Positions 44,541-57,617 of a stretch of 64,000 nucleotides of DNA are shown here, in pieces. The stretch spans positions 18,972,001 through 19,036,000 of the forward strand of contig OZ024746.1 in NCBI GenBank assembly GCA_964016885.1, in the 5' to 3' direction. Both the position numbers and the translations under genes were made by a program. Below the pieces are notes generated by a model. That model saw only the letters and a list, made by a program, of their open reading frames with translations, was not told the origin of the DNA and did not search any database. How positions within the stretch are numbered: position 1 is the stretch's first letter; every line of letters starts with the position of its first letter. The stretch is from Eledone cirrhosa (Eukaryota).

Positions 44541-45686
44541 AGGTGAAAAATTCATATATGTATGTGTGTATCTTACACACACAATTATAAATTCTCACAC
44601 ACAAATTGTATATACATTTATGTGTATCTAGATACACAAACATATGTGCACGCGTGCACACTCACACACAGTGATGATATTGAAATATTAATGAGATATT
44701 GTCTTGCCAGAAATAAATTATTTAATATTTATTTTTTTCTTTAAATTTATAACTCTAACTTTACTTTATAACTCTTAACATCCTGTAATAATTTAGAAAA
44801 TATCTAAAAATGGGTTTGTCAATTCAAATGTTTATAGCATCTTTATTAGGAGAGATTATTGTGAAACTTTGTAGTAAACTAAATTAAAGACTTTAGTTTA
44901 ATATGATTCAGCCATAGAGCTTGGTTTGTACTTATCAAGAATGTCTTGCTAATGTGATTCCATGTGGTGCAGGGTATTAAGAATAAATTTACATTCATTT
45001 TAATCCTATTCCAACACAAGAGCCATATTTTTATTTCATTTGAGGAGCAATTAAAACAACTCAATATAAATAAAATGTAAAAAAACCCAAAAAGCAGGAC
45101 ATCTTGGATATAAGACATACTGAGTGTTTGTGTGTGTGTGTGTTTGCATGCATACGTAGATGCAATACATGAGAGAACAACAAATTAAATGGGAATCACC
45201 AATCTAGTCAACAAAAGGATGCTCTATCACATGCAAACTAATAATACTAATTACTAGCAACACATACAACACATTCCATCATTTAATTCAATAAGTGTGA
45301 GTTGTTTGACAACAAAAATAGAGAACAACATTAAAACAAGGCAAAAATAAATATATCAAATCAACAACATAGTGACAACAGTATATCCACTATATAATAA
45401 TCATTACACACACACACACATACACTTACACATCAATAGACAGACACAAAGTGACAACAGCATATCCACTATATAATAATTATTACACACACACACTCAG
45501 ATACACTTACACATACACAGCAATAAACAGACAGACAGTCACAAACACAAATAGAAATACACTATGATTAGCTGTTTTTGAGTGTGACTAAACACGAAAG
45601 AAAACAATGAAACCAGTGCAGTACAGATGCAGGAAATAATTACTAGATGGGAGCAGTTGCAAATGTCAGTTCTTTTGTTTGGAGTT

Positions 45687-45717
<31 letters not shown>

Positions 45718-45734
45718 CACACTATATCTATTTG

Positions 45735-46290
45735 TTGAGTTTGGGAAGATGGGTGGTTTGTGTTTGGTTTGTGTTTAGTTTGGGAAGATGGGTGGTTGGT
45801 GTTTGGTTTGTGTTTAGTTTGGGAAGATGGGTGGTTGGTGTTTGGTTTGTGTTTGGTTTGTGTTTAGTTTGTTGAGTTTGGAAAGATGGGTGGTTTGTGT
45901 TTGGTTTGTGTTTTGTTTGTTTAGTTTGGTGAATTTGGGAAGGTGGGTGGTTTCTGTTTGGTTTGTTGAGTTTGGGAAGATGGGTGGTTTGTGTTTGGTT
46001 TGTGTTTAGTTTGGGAAGATGGGTGGTTGGTGTTTGGTTTGTGTTTAGTTTGTTGAGTTTGGAAAGATGGGTGGTTTGTGTTTGGTTTGTGTTTTGTTTG
46101 TTTAGTTTGTTGAATTTGGGAAGGTGGGTGGTTTGTGTTTGGTTTGTTAAGCTTGGGAAGATGGGTGGTTTGTGTTTGGTTTGTGTTTTGTTTGTTTAGT
46201 TTGTTGAATTTGGGAAGGTGGGTGGTTTGTGTTTGGTTTGTTGAGCTTGGGAAGGTGGATGAACCGTGTTCGGTTTGCTGAGCTTAGAGG
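45735..46290. repeat. GT-rich minisatellite (~39-55 bp variable unit)
   Basis: gtttgggaagatgggtggtttgtgtttggtttgt repeated more than 10 times. Confidence 0.9.
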
Positions 46291-46402
46291 GTTTGTCACA
46301 AGTTGGTTTAACAGGAGTCATGAGTGCAAGTTGGCATTCAGTTTGGGGTGTTTGCTCAGAGTTTTGTGGACAGATTGGAGCAGGAACAGTCTTATTTAAA
46401 TA

Positions 46403-46443
<41 letters not shown>

Positions 46444-46444
46444 T

Positions 46445-46479
<35 letters not shown>

Positions 46480-46612
46480 CATTATCATGTCAAGTTCCCT
46501 CAGACAACGTTGATAATCATATATCTTCACTTGTCCCTATCCAGCATGGTTTCTACTAGTTCATTCTTTCTAAAGTCTTTATGATGTCTGTAATCAGTCT
46601 CAGGATGGATGG

Positions 46613-46644
<32 letters not shown>

Positions 46645-46660
46645 TTTTCTATACCTTTCA

Positions 46661-46717
<57 letters not shown>

Positions 46718-46993
46718 TTTTTTTTTTTTGTCAAATAAGTTTACCAACAAAGTTATCAAGCAAACATAAAATATTTTTTATGCTGAAAAAGCTAAAAGTA
46801 CTTAAGTGTTGATAGACATCATTTAGAGAGGCTAACTGCAATAAGTATGACAGAGATTAGATTTTCACAAGAAACACCCACTTTATACTGTCAACTAGTT
46901 ACTGATAACTGAAAAACTACTGCTAACAATTAGCAGATGCCTAAATATTTATGGATAAATTTAAAATTATCTGATTAAATATAATATAAGCAT

Positions 46994-47040
<47 letters not shown>

Positions 47041-47055
47041 CATATGCGCACACAT

Positions 47056-47310
47056 TCATTTCATTTTACGTCCGCTTTTTCGCTGCTTGCAAGGGTGGGA
47101 CGGGAACTGATACTGGCTTGATTTCTACAGCTGGATGCCCTTCCTAACACCAACCTCATTTACAGTGAGTACTGGGTGCTTTGTTGCCGTGGCACCTCCA
47201 CGACCTCTTTGCAGTGGAATGATAGGGACCCCAGTCCCTATCATCTCATTTCTACAGCTGAGTAAACTGGAGCAATGTGAAATAAAGTGTCTTGCTCAAG
47301 GAAACAACAC
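47056..47310 (-). mobile_element. SINE family A, head truncated
   Basis: Reverse complement of the family A core and tail. Confidence 0.9.
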
Positions 47311-49689
47311 ACACATACATATATATATATATACTCACAGATGTGTGTGCGTGTGTGCGTGTGCACGTGTGTGTGTGTGAAAGAGACAGGGCAAGCTTGC
47401 TCCAATACATGTACATGAACAATAAAGCATTAATGAGCTGAGAGAAAAACTGGATGCAGTGAACAAGGAAGAAGTCAGCATTGGTATGGACATGTGATGT
47501 GTATGGAGTATGACAGCTGCTTAAAGACATACAGGGCAATCAAAGTTGATGGAAACTGTGGAAGGGAAGACATAGGAAGACCTGGGACAATGTGAAGGCT
47601 GATTTTATGAAGCCTTCATATGGCCAGGCATCACAAAGGGTTCTGCTCACATTAAAGAAAGGTATTTTAGCCATGTCATCATCAGCATCATCATCACCGT
47701 TTTACGTCCGTTCTTCCATGCTAGCATGGGTTAGACGGTAAACGTATATATATACGCTAAATGTATATATATATGGTAAATGTATATATATATATATCCA
47801 CCAATCTTGTGATTTAACCAGATAAAATTTGTTAAGTCCACTTCGTAAAGTAATAGTGCTGGGGTTATGAGAAACTTAACCCAGTACAAATAGTAAAGTG
47901 GTTGGCATTAAAAACTACATCCAGACATAAAAACGCTCCCAAAATGGAACATATGAGCAAATCTTGCTGATACAACCTGTCTCGTTTCAAAGTGTGACAA
48001 CCAAGTCAGCTTAAAAAAGTATCATAAAACAGTAACGATAATGATGGTGATACATACACATGTACAAATACACAATGACACACACATATATATATTAGTA
48101 TGAACATGTGATGTGCATGGAAGATAACAGTGGCATAAAGACATGCAGAGAAGCCTTAGTGGCTAGAACTTGTGGATGAGGCAAACCCAGGGATGAGGTT
48201 ATGAAGATCAACCTTAAAAAACTAAACCTCACAACAGAAATGACTAAGGATTGCAAGAGCCCGTGCTATGCTGTGCTGAAGGAGATCTGACCTACAGCAT
48301 ATAATGTGGCCTGACTTATCCCTGTGTCTCTGCCTTCCACTAGCACTCACTAACAGCTCTTCTCACCTTCCCATGCCCTCAACATTCACTCGTCAGCTGC
48401 TTCTCCCTTAAAAGTCTCTAGACTCCCTCATTATGGGACTAATAGCCACTTTCCTCGCTCTTAAGCACTCTACCCATGCCCTTACAATCTGGACCCATCT
48501 AACCCTTGCTAGCAGAGAAAGTGGATGTTAAAATGACAGTAACGATGATATATATATATATATATATGTATATGAAGGGGTTGAGAAGTGAGTCCTTTTA
48601 ATGGATTGCTGCTAGAGATGGATTTTCCTCAGCTTCCTTAAAACAATGCTTACTTTCTATGTTAAAAGTTATAGTTCTTTTAAACACAATCTCCTTCACT
48701 TCTACTCAATGTAATAGCATTTCTGTTGCATGTGAGGCATAAATGAAATAACTATGTAGTTATTCAAAAATAACAATATTTTAAGATTAAAGAAATAAAA
48801 ATACATAATAGTATAAATAATTTTAATTGCAAGAGATTGAATGCACAATATTCAATAGACTTTATGATAATTTAGGACTAATAAGAACATATGATACTAT
48901 GGGCATGTGGTTGGAATGTCTCAGGAAAGAATCACTGGACAGATTTGATGGGCAAAACCAAGCGACAGGAGAGCCAGGAATTGACCTCTGAGCAAGATGG
49001 TTGGATAATATCCATGAACTTGGCTGGTCTCACCTGTGGATCCAGCCAAATCAGTTGGAAACAGTTACTTCTGACAGGACTGACTGGAAGAGTGTTTGAG
49101 GACTCTGTGCCCATGGCCCTCTAAAGAATAAATGGGTGAAGGTGAAGGGAACATATAACAATGTTGAGAAAATTTAAACGATCTTTAAAAATATCTCATA
49201 CATGAAGCTTAGGCAGTAGACTTGTATACTTTAATTAGTATTTAGAAAAATTCACTATGATCAAAGCATACAAGGTCTGAAACTAAACATAGAAGAAAAA
49301 CACAAACAAACAATACAAAAAAAAAAACTTTAAAAAATCCAAACAGACAGACAGACAATTAACTGACTTGAATGTGATTGTTTATAGTCTGATTATAAAA
49401 GAACTTTGGGCCAAAGAATGTTAGTAATCATCAGTGTAGTTTGAACTAAATCATACAACAAAGACAAACAACAGTGGCAGTGGTGGTGAGGAGTTGAACA
49501 GTAGTAGGGAGGTAGTGAGGGGTGTGTAAACAGTGGACACAGGACACAGTTGACAAATAAACAAAGAAGTAGTGAGAGAAAACCTGGATGATGTTGAAGA
49601 GTCAGATAACTGTGAGGATTCTGCTGATGATGAAGTAAAGCTAAAAAGAAAAATGTAAATCAAACATTATCATAAGTAGCTGAATAAAT

Positions 49690-50030
49690 AATAATAATAA
49701 TAATAATAATAATGATTTCTACTTTAGGCACAAGGCCATTAATTTTGGGGGAGGAGATAGTCGATTAAATCGACCCCAGTACATTACTGGTGCTTTATTT
49801 TATCGACCCCGTACGGATGAAAGGCAAAGCTAACCTCGGCGGGATTTGAACTCAGAATGTAAAGGGCTGTAACTACATGCCACAAAGCACATTGTTCAAC
49901 GCTCTACCGATATTGCCAATAATAATAACGATGATTGTAATAATAAAAATAATAATGATGATAATAATTATAATGATGATGATAATAATGATGATAATAC
50001 TAATGATGATGATAATGAAGATAATAATGA
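49690..50030 (-). mobile_element. SINE family B embedded in (AAT/GAT)n
   Basis: ggatgaaaggcaaagctaacctcggcgggatttgaactcag. Confidence 0.85.
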
Positions 50031-51794
50031 TAAGCGCAGCAGCAGTAGCAACAAAAAAAAAAAAACCAAAACAAACAATAAATAAATAAAAAGAAGAATT
50101 TATTGAATCCTTATTTGAAATAAAAACCAATGTAAGTTTGATGTAGTTGAATCTTCCTCCTCATAGTTTTATTTTTTTTCAAATGTAAACTGTTCAATTA
50201 TCTTTAACATTTTTTTATATTAATCTTAAAAGCATTTTATATCCTTTTTAATACTTTTCTCACCAATTTCATCTGAATACATTTGATTATTTTTTTCTGC
50301 TAACTTCGTTTTGGCAATCTAAGTTGGGTAAAAGTATTTTTTCAAAAAAACAAGCATATGAATTCTTTATAAAATGGATTTGATTTGATTTTTATGTAAA
50401 TAATGTTTTATTTATAGTCAGTAAAGTAGCATAGACATGCATGAAACCTTAAAATATACAGGTTTTCATACCGTTTCATTTACCCAATTCTGTTCACAAA
50501 GCATAGCAAACTTAACTATATGGCCATGTCTGTACCATGAACTGAGTGGTTGGTAAACTCTCTCTAACCATAATTGTGACCAGTTTCATTCTAGTTGGTT
50601 ATTTTATTTCATTTACACTGTATACCTGTTACTTTTGGTTGTTGTCAACTTGGTTAGGCTTGGCTCCTCTAGGCTGTTTGTCTTTATTCTTGACAGACTG
50701 TATGAAATAAAGTCTCTAGTGACAGAATTATCCTTTAAAAGATACAAGTCATTTTCATTCTCCAATTCCATCTAGCATATTTGAATGTGAATAAGGCACA
50801 TTGTACTTTTTTTTAAATAATCTATCCCAAAATTTTACTGTTCAAAATAATTTACTACATCATGGAAATATCCTTAAGAACGGTGTCCTTATCTCTGAGA
50901 TTAACTTAAACACCGACATCTATGAGATGTGAAGTGGCAGATGATACATTACGGTTCTTCTTTGTGCTGCTGTATGTAAAGATGACAAGACAACATTTCA
51001 TTTGAAAAAAAGAAAGGTAACAGCGATATTGTGCAAATGCAATTTGATCTAGAAATTCAACTGTAATAAAAGATCATCTAGAGCCTTATAATTCTGCTAA
51101 CAACAGAATAGAAGAGAAGGTAGTAGAGAGAAAGACATTCATTGGCTAGTATTACAGTTGAGGTAGACAATGAAAATAAAATAGAAAGTAAAAACAGTCG
51201 ACAAGATCATACAAAATAGAAAACTGTTGTGTGAGGAATTAGAATGATGTCGAGATAAATAGAAAAGTTTAAGACAAACAGCAGCATAGTGACAAATCCA
51301 AATCAGTTGAAGCTGTTTCATTGAAATTTGAATGTTCTAAGGCAAAGCATACAAAACACAGACTTTCATAACCAATTTAACTGTAGAAACACAACTTCAA
51401 AACTTTACCTCCATGCTGGTTATAATTGTATTCAGACCCATCCCTCTCTAACTCAATATAATTGAGATGACTTGAAATCAGTGTTGCAAATTATACTGTG
51501 AAGCTCCCCACCTACCTCCACCCTGCTAATATGCAAGTCAGTTATATACATTACATGATGTAAAGAAAGAAATATATATATCTTAAACAAGAAAGTTCAG
51601 TTTGTGGTTTATCCTCAAATATTTGTTCAACAATTCCTATGTTAAACGAAGGCACAAACAAAACTATGACTCATTAACCATAACAATTATAACAGTTTAA
51701 GATAGCATATACTATCTTACACTATCTTTCAATGTTTGTAAAAACTAAAAGTCTGTTCTAAATTGAAGGCTCATCAGGTCAGTTTCCTCAACGT

Positions 51795-54330
51795 TCAGCG
51801 ACTGAGAGTACAAGACTCTCCTAGCTACTGCTGGTACTCATCTCTCAGCGACTGAGAGTACAAGACTCTCCCAGCTACTGCAGGTACTCATCTCTCAGCG
51901 ACTGAGAGTACAAGACTCTCCTAGCTACTGCTGGTACTCATCTCTCAGCTGACATGTTCTCAGCGACTGAGAGTACAAGACTCTCCCAGCTACTGCTGGT
52001 ACTCATCTCTCAGCTGACATGTTCTCAGTGACTGAGAGTACAAGACTCTCCTAGCTACTGCTGGTACTCATCTCTCAGCTGACATGTTCTCAGTGACTGA
52101 GAGTACAAGAATCTCCCAGCTACTGAAGGTACTCATCTCTCAGCTGACATGTTCTCAGTGACAGAGTACAAGAATCTCCCAGCTACTGCTGGTACTCATC
52201 TCTCAGCTGACATGTTCTCAGTGACAGAGTACAAGAATCTCCCAGCTACTGCTGGTACTCATCTCTCAGCTGACATGTTCTCAGTGACAGAGTACAAGAC
52301 TCTCCTAGCTACTGCTGGTACTCATCTCTCAGCTGACATGTTCTCACCGACAGAGTACAAGACTCTCCTAGCTACTGATGGTACTCATCTCTCAGCTGAC
52401 ATGTTCTCACTGACTGGGAGTACAAGACTCTCTCAGCTACTGCTGGTACTCATCTCTCAGCTGACATGTTCTCAGTGACTGAGAGTACAAGAATCTCCCA
52501 GCTACTGCTGGTACTCATCTCTCAGCTGACATGTTCTCAGTGACTGAGAGTACAAGACTCTCCTAGCTACTGCTGGTACTCATCTCTCAGCTGACATGTT
52601 CTCAGTGACTGGGAGTACAAGGCTCTCCTAGCTACTGCTGATACTCATCTCTCAGCTGACATGTTCTCAGTGACTGAGAGTACAAGACTCTCCTCGCTAC
52701 TGCCGGTACTCATCCCTCAGCTGACATGTTCTCAGTGACTGAGAGTACAAGACTCTCCTAGCTACTGCTGGTACTCATCTCTCAGCTGACATGTTCTCAG
52801 TGACTGAGAGTACAAGACTCTCCTAGCTACTGCTGGTACTCATCTCTCAGCTGACATGTTCTCAGTGACTGAGAGTACAAGACTCTCCTAGCTACTGCTG
52901 GTACTCATCTCTCAGCTGACATGTTCTCGGTGACTGGGAGTACAAGACTCTCTCAGCTACTGCTGGTACTCATCTCTCAGCTGACATGTTCTCAGTGACT
53001 GAGAGTACAAGAATCTCCCAGCTACTGCTGGTACTCATCTCTCAGCTGACATGTTCTCAGTGACTGAGAGTACAAGACTCTCCTAGCTACTGCTGGTACT
53101 CATCTCTCAGCTGACATGTTCTCAGTGACTGGGAGTACAAGACTCTCCTAGCTACTGCTGGTACTCATCTCTCAGCTGACGTTCTCAGTGACTGAGAGTA
53201 CAAGACTCTCCTAGCTACTGCTGGTACTCATCTCTCAGCTGACATGTTCTCAGTGACTGAGAGTACAAGACTCTCCTAGCTACTGCTGGTACTCATCTCT
53301 CAGCTGACGTTCTCAGTGACTGAGAGTACAAGACTCTCCTAGCTACTGCTGGTACTCATCTCTCAGCTGACGTTCTCGGTGACAGAGTACAAGACTCTCC
53401 CAGCTACTGCTGGTACTCATCTCTCAGCTGACGTTCTCAGTGACTGAGAGTACAAGACTCTCCTAGCTACTGCTGGTACTCATCTCTCAGCTGACGTTCT
53501 CAGTGGCTGGGAGTACAAGACTCTCCTAGCTACTGCTGGTACTCATCTCTCAGCTGACATGTTCTCAGTGACTGAGAGTACAAGACTCTCCTAGCTACTG
53601 CTGGTACTCATCTCTCAGCTGACATGTTCTCAGTGACTGAGAGTACAAGACTCTCCTAGCTACTGCTGGTACTCATCTCTCAGCTGACGTTCTCAGTGAC
53701 TGAGAGTACAAGACTCTCCTAGCTACTGCTGGTACTCATCTCTCAGCTGACATGTTCTCAGTGACTGAGAGTACAAGAATCTCCCAGCTACTGCTGGTAC
53801 TCATCTCTCAGCTGACATGTTCTCAGTGACTGAGAGTACAAGACTCTCCTAGCTACTGCTGGTACTCATCTCTCAGCTGACATGTTCTCAGTGACTGGGA
53901 GTACAAGACTCTCCTAGCTACTGCTGGTACTCATCTCTCAGCTGACATGTTCTCAGTGACTGAGAGTACAAGACTCTCCTAGCTACTGCTGGTACTCATC
54001 TCTCAGCTGACATGTTTTCAGCGACTGAGAGTACAAGACTCTCCCAGCTACTGCTGGTACTCATCTCTCAGCTGACATGTTCTCAGTGACTGAGAGTACA
54101 AGACTCTCCTAGCTACTGTTGGTACTCATCTCTCAGCTGACATGTTCTCAGCGACTGAGAGTACAAGACTCTCCCAGCTACTGCTGGTACTCATCTCTCA
54201 GCTGACATGTTCTCAGCGACTGAGAGTACAAGACTCTCCCAGCTACTGCTGGTACTCATCTCTCAGCTGACATGTTCTCAGTGACTGAGAGTACAAGACT
54301 CTCCCAGCTACTGCTGGTACTCCTCTCTAT
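51795..54330. repeat. Minisatellite, 65-bp unit (63- and 49-bp variants), ~39 copies
   Basis: Unit gttctcagtgactgagagtacaagactctcctagctactgctggtactcatctctcagctgacat. Confidence 0.97.
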
Positions 54331-54664
54331 TGACATGTTCTCTGATGGCCACGGACTACACTTGTAGGCTATTGACATGTTCTCTGAGGGCCACAAACCT
54401 TTTCAAAGTTTATATGTAAGATATGATGTAATATACATGTGGACCATGTGAAAAACTAAAAACTAAAATCTAAAAACTAAAAACAAAAAATTAAAAATGG
54501 ACTATTACAAAAGGATGTTACTGAATCATTATACACAAATAAAGTAAACAAACAGGTCTGTTGGCATGTTTAAAGACAGGTGAACTGTAATGTATTTAAA
54601 ATGGATTGAACATGAAGGATGGAGTATGACAAACAAAATAATCGAATGGTCATTGAGATCAAAG

Positions 54665-54724
<60 letters not shown>

Positions 54725-54939
54725 ATGTGCGTGCGTGTGTGTGTGTGCATGTGCGTGCGTGTGTGTGTGTGTGCGTGTCTAAGTCACATAACTTAAGTGT
54801 TTTAACAAAACCAAAAAAAAAAAAGAGAGAGAGAGAGAGAGAGGGAGAGATTGACACAAAACAGCACTTGGCAAAATTTACAAATATTTAGTGCACTGGA
54901 ACATTACAGCCAAACTGTTGCTAACTTCCGGAGAACAAT

Positions 54940-55935
54940 ATGATCTGATAACAAAGTAGTGCTGGACCATCTTTACTATGAAATTGTAGTGAACTAATTT
55001 TTCTCCATGAATTTACCATAATGTTTAAAGGTGATCGACTTTTGATGTATGAATCTGGACCAGTTGAGAAGCATTTAGTGTAATATTTGCAACAAGATGT
55101 AATGAGAATGCTTGTCATAAAGTGAGCATTTGTATGCTGATAGAACATTTAAAACTGTTCCTTTATTATTCTATCAGCTGCATACCCTGCATGGATTAAA
55201 ATAAAAAGCTTCAATGTCATTTGTCTTTGCTTTATTACCTAACAAATCAAAAGAAACATACATAACATTTTTACAAGAGAGGAAGGAATTAGTCGACATG
55301 TGTGCTCTTGTCAATAATTTATTTTGAAAAAAAATTACCCAATGTAAAACAGAAAGGATGCTTTTTCTATTTTACACAATGTATTTTATGTAGAATTAAA
55401 AGCAGCGACTTGAAACAACAATATGAAACAGATCCAAATTTTTCTTTGAGTCTATGTATGTTACCAGCATTAGTATTTCTACCAGTAGACACAGTGATAG
55501 AGGTATTTGAGTTATGTGATAACATCTCTCCTGAAGGCCACAAGGTTCTGAATTATTTCAAAGACATGTGGATTGGGTGGTCAGGCAGAAGCCCGGCTCG
55601 ACAACCACCACATTTTTCACACACACACAATATGGAATTTGTACATTGAAGTTCTCCAGATGTTACCAAAAGAAAGAAAAAAAACAAGAACAAATAACTC
55701 AGTTGAAGGTTGGCACAGAGGTTTCCAAGCACAAGTGGCACTTCACTACCTCAATATTTCGATATTCATTAATTGTTGGAAAAAAAAAGAACAGAATTAT
55801 ATTGAGGCACAAACAGAGCAATATATATCAGGAAGGGAACCAGAAAAGTCAAATAAGTGATACAGTGAGCATAGTCAAAGCATTAAAACTTTCATCCTGT
55901 GGACATCCTCAACTATATTCATATAATTGCCCTTA
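54940..55935 (+). pseudogene. Decayed MULE/Mutator-like transposase
   Basis: Frameshifted motifs LLMYESG, HLYAD(R)TFKTVPLLFYQLHTLHG, GCFFYFTQ, YFKDMWIG, RTNNSVEGWH. Confidence 0.88.
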
Positions 55936-56404
55936 ACTTTTCATATTAACCAACAATTGATTTTTATGTATATGTACACAGAATTTTGTTCTTTGTTCTT
56001 TCATTTAAGCATTAAATTATATTAATTCTAAAATAAAGTAAGCCTTTCCTTTCCTTTTTTAGTTAAAATGTAGATAACATCATCTATATCTTATTTTATA
56101 GTGAAAACATGAATATAGATAAACTAGTTCAAAATTTAAAGGAATTATGTTAAATGAATTCACCAGACAGACACCCATATATATATGCATATATATATAT
56201 AATATATACATATCTATATATCTATACACACATGTCTATACATATACATATATATACATTAATGTTCTTCCCAATTAGAACTTGATGTAGTATTGACGTG
56301 AATATCTCATTAAAACAAAGCAAAATTTCATTTTTTGTGGAAAAGTAGTATCTTAATATGCCGAGTTTTCAAAAACTACAAAGCCCCCCTCCCATATATA
56401 TATA

Positions 56405-56717
56405 TAGTAGAAAGTGAGGTTTTTTTACAAAATGAAAAATAACCGAGGTGTCCTACACGAGTGAAAGTATAAAGAAAAAAGGATGAAATCGAAAATGCAA
56501 CTGGAGTCTTATTTAAAAAAATATTTATATATTTATTTGATTCCTTTACTGGTTTCACAGTTCTTCTGGTCTGTGGTTTTTCTCACATCTCACATCTGTG
56601 AGAAAAACCACAGACCCTCCATCTCAATTCTACTTTTGAAAAGCAGAAGAACTGCGAAACCGGTAAAGGAACCAAATAAATATATATATATTTTTTTTAA
56701 ATAAGACTCTAGTTGCA
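56405..56717. mobile_element. Branched fold-back element 1 (Penelope-pLTR-like)
   Basis: Outer IR 56496-56568 / 56644-56717; inner hairpin 56568-56616; one-sided tail 56405-56495; (TA)n flanks. Confidence 0.75.
56628..56671 (+). ncRNA. Minimal type I hammerhead ribozyme, U3-A8 variant (predicted)
   Basis: ttc(ta)ctt-TTGAAAA-gcag aagaa ctgc-GAAA-c cg g-TA-aaggaa: stems I and II pair, stem III is the palindrome ACCGGT, cleavage triplet GUA. Confidence 0.65.
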
Positions 56718-56727
56718 CTCTCTCTCT

Positions 56728-56768
<41 letters not shown>

Positions 56769-56774
<6 letters not shown>

Positions 56775-57130
56775 TAAAGAAAACGAAAAATCAGTGATGC
56801 ATCTGGACTTAATTTATTGCGTGTTACAATTGTTTCGCCGGCAGACACGGGTATTTCGCTCGGAGCAAATTTTATCAGTGATAAAATTTGCTCCAAACGA
56901 ACTACCCGTGTCTGAAAGAACCTGCAGCCGTAGAATCAGCCAGACCCATACAAGGACCATGTCTCGAGCTACCTGCCGGCGAAACAATTGTAACACACAA
57001 TAAATTAAGTCCAGATGCATCACTGATTTTTCGTTTTCTTTATACTATCTACACTCTACTCTGCTGAATATCGAGTGCTAATTTTGGCATACCGCCTATG
57101 GAAGCACCATAGCTACCATTATACACAACT
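56769..57130. mobile_element. Branched fold-back element 2 (Penelope-pLTR-like)
   Basis: Palindrome centred at 56878; outer arms 56769-56844 / 56973-57048; tail 57049-57130; (TA)n on both sides. Confidence 0.8.
56908..56996 (+). ncRNA. Degenerate minimal type I hammerhead ribozyme
   Basis: gtgt-CTGA(A)AGA-acctgcag...ctgccggc-GAAA-caattg-TA-acac; one extra A in the core and two stem II mismatches. Confidence 0.6.
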
Positions 57131-57150
57131 ATATATATATATATATATAT

Positions 57151-57554
57151 GGTGGCTGCCAACTCGTTTTCGAGTACGGCCACTACTTTATATCCATGTA
57201 GGAGAACCCCTACTGATGCGCTGAACGAGTGTGACTTTTTAGTCCAGCCAGCGACTTGAAAGCTCTGGTACAAACACTACACTTGTGACAATTATTGACA
57301 CATAGTGCTGGGCCCATGGTACCATGTGACGACAAATGCAGAGAGATCTCCAGATATAAAGCAATGCCTGTGCCGTGAAGCTTTTATAGTGAGCAAAGGC
57401 ACTGCACAAAGCCAGTCCCACTCTCTTAACCAAGATGATATTTACCAAAAAGAAGAACAAGTCAACATCATTGGATACCATCAGGGTTGCAGGTGTTATA
57501 TCAGAGTTTTCCTTCTCCATATATATATATATATATACATACGCATATATATAC

Positions 57555-57617
<63 letters not shown>

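Noticed and set aside
52149-52478. 109-aa repetitive ORF
   Set aside because: Arises from a few 63-bp minisatellite variants; flanking 65-bp units break the frame
56794-57023. Two antiparallel ORFs with identical N-termini
   Set aside because: Trivial consequence of the palindrome
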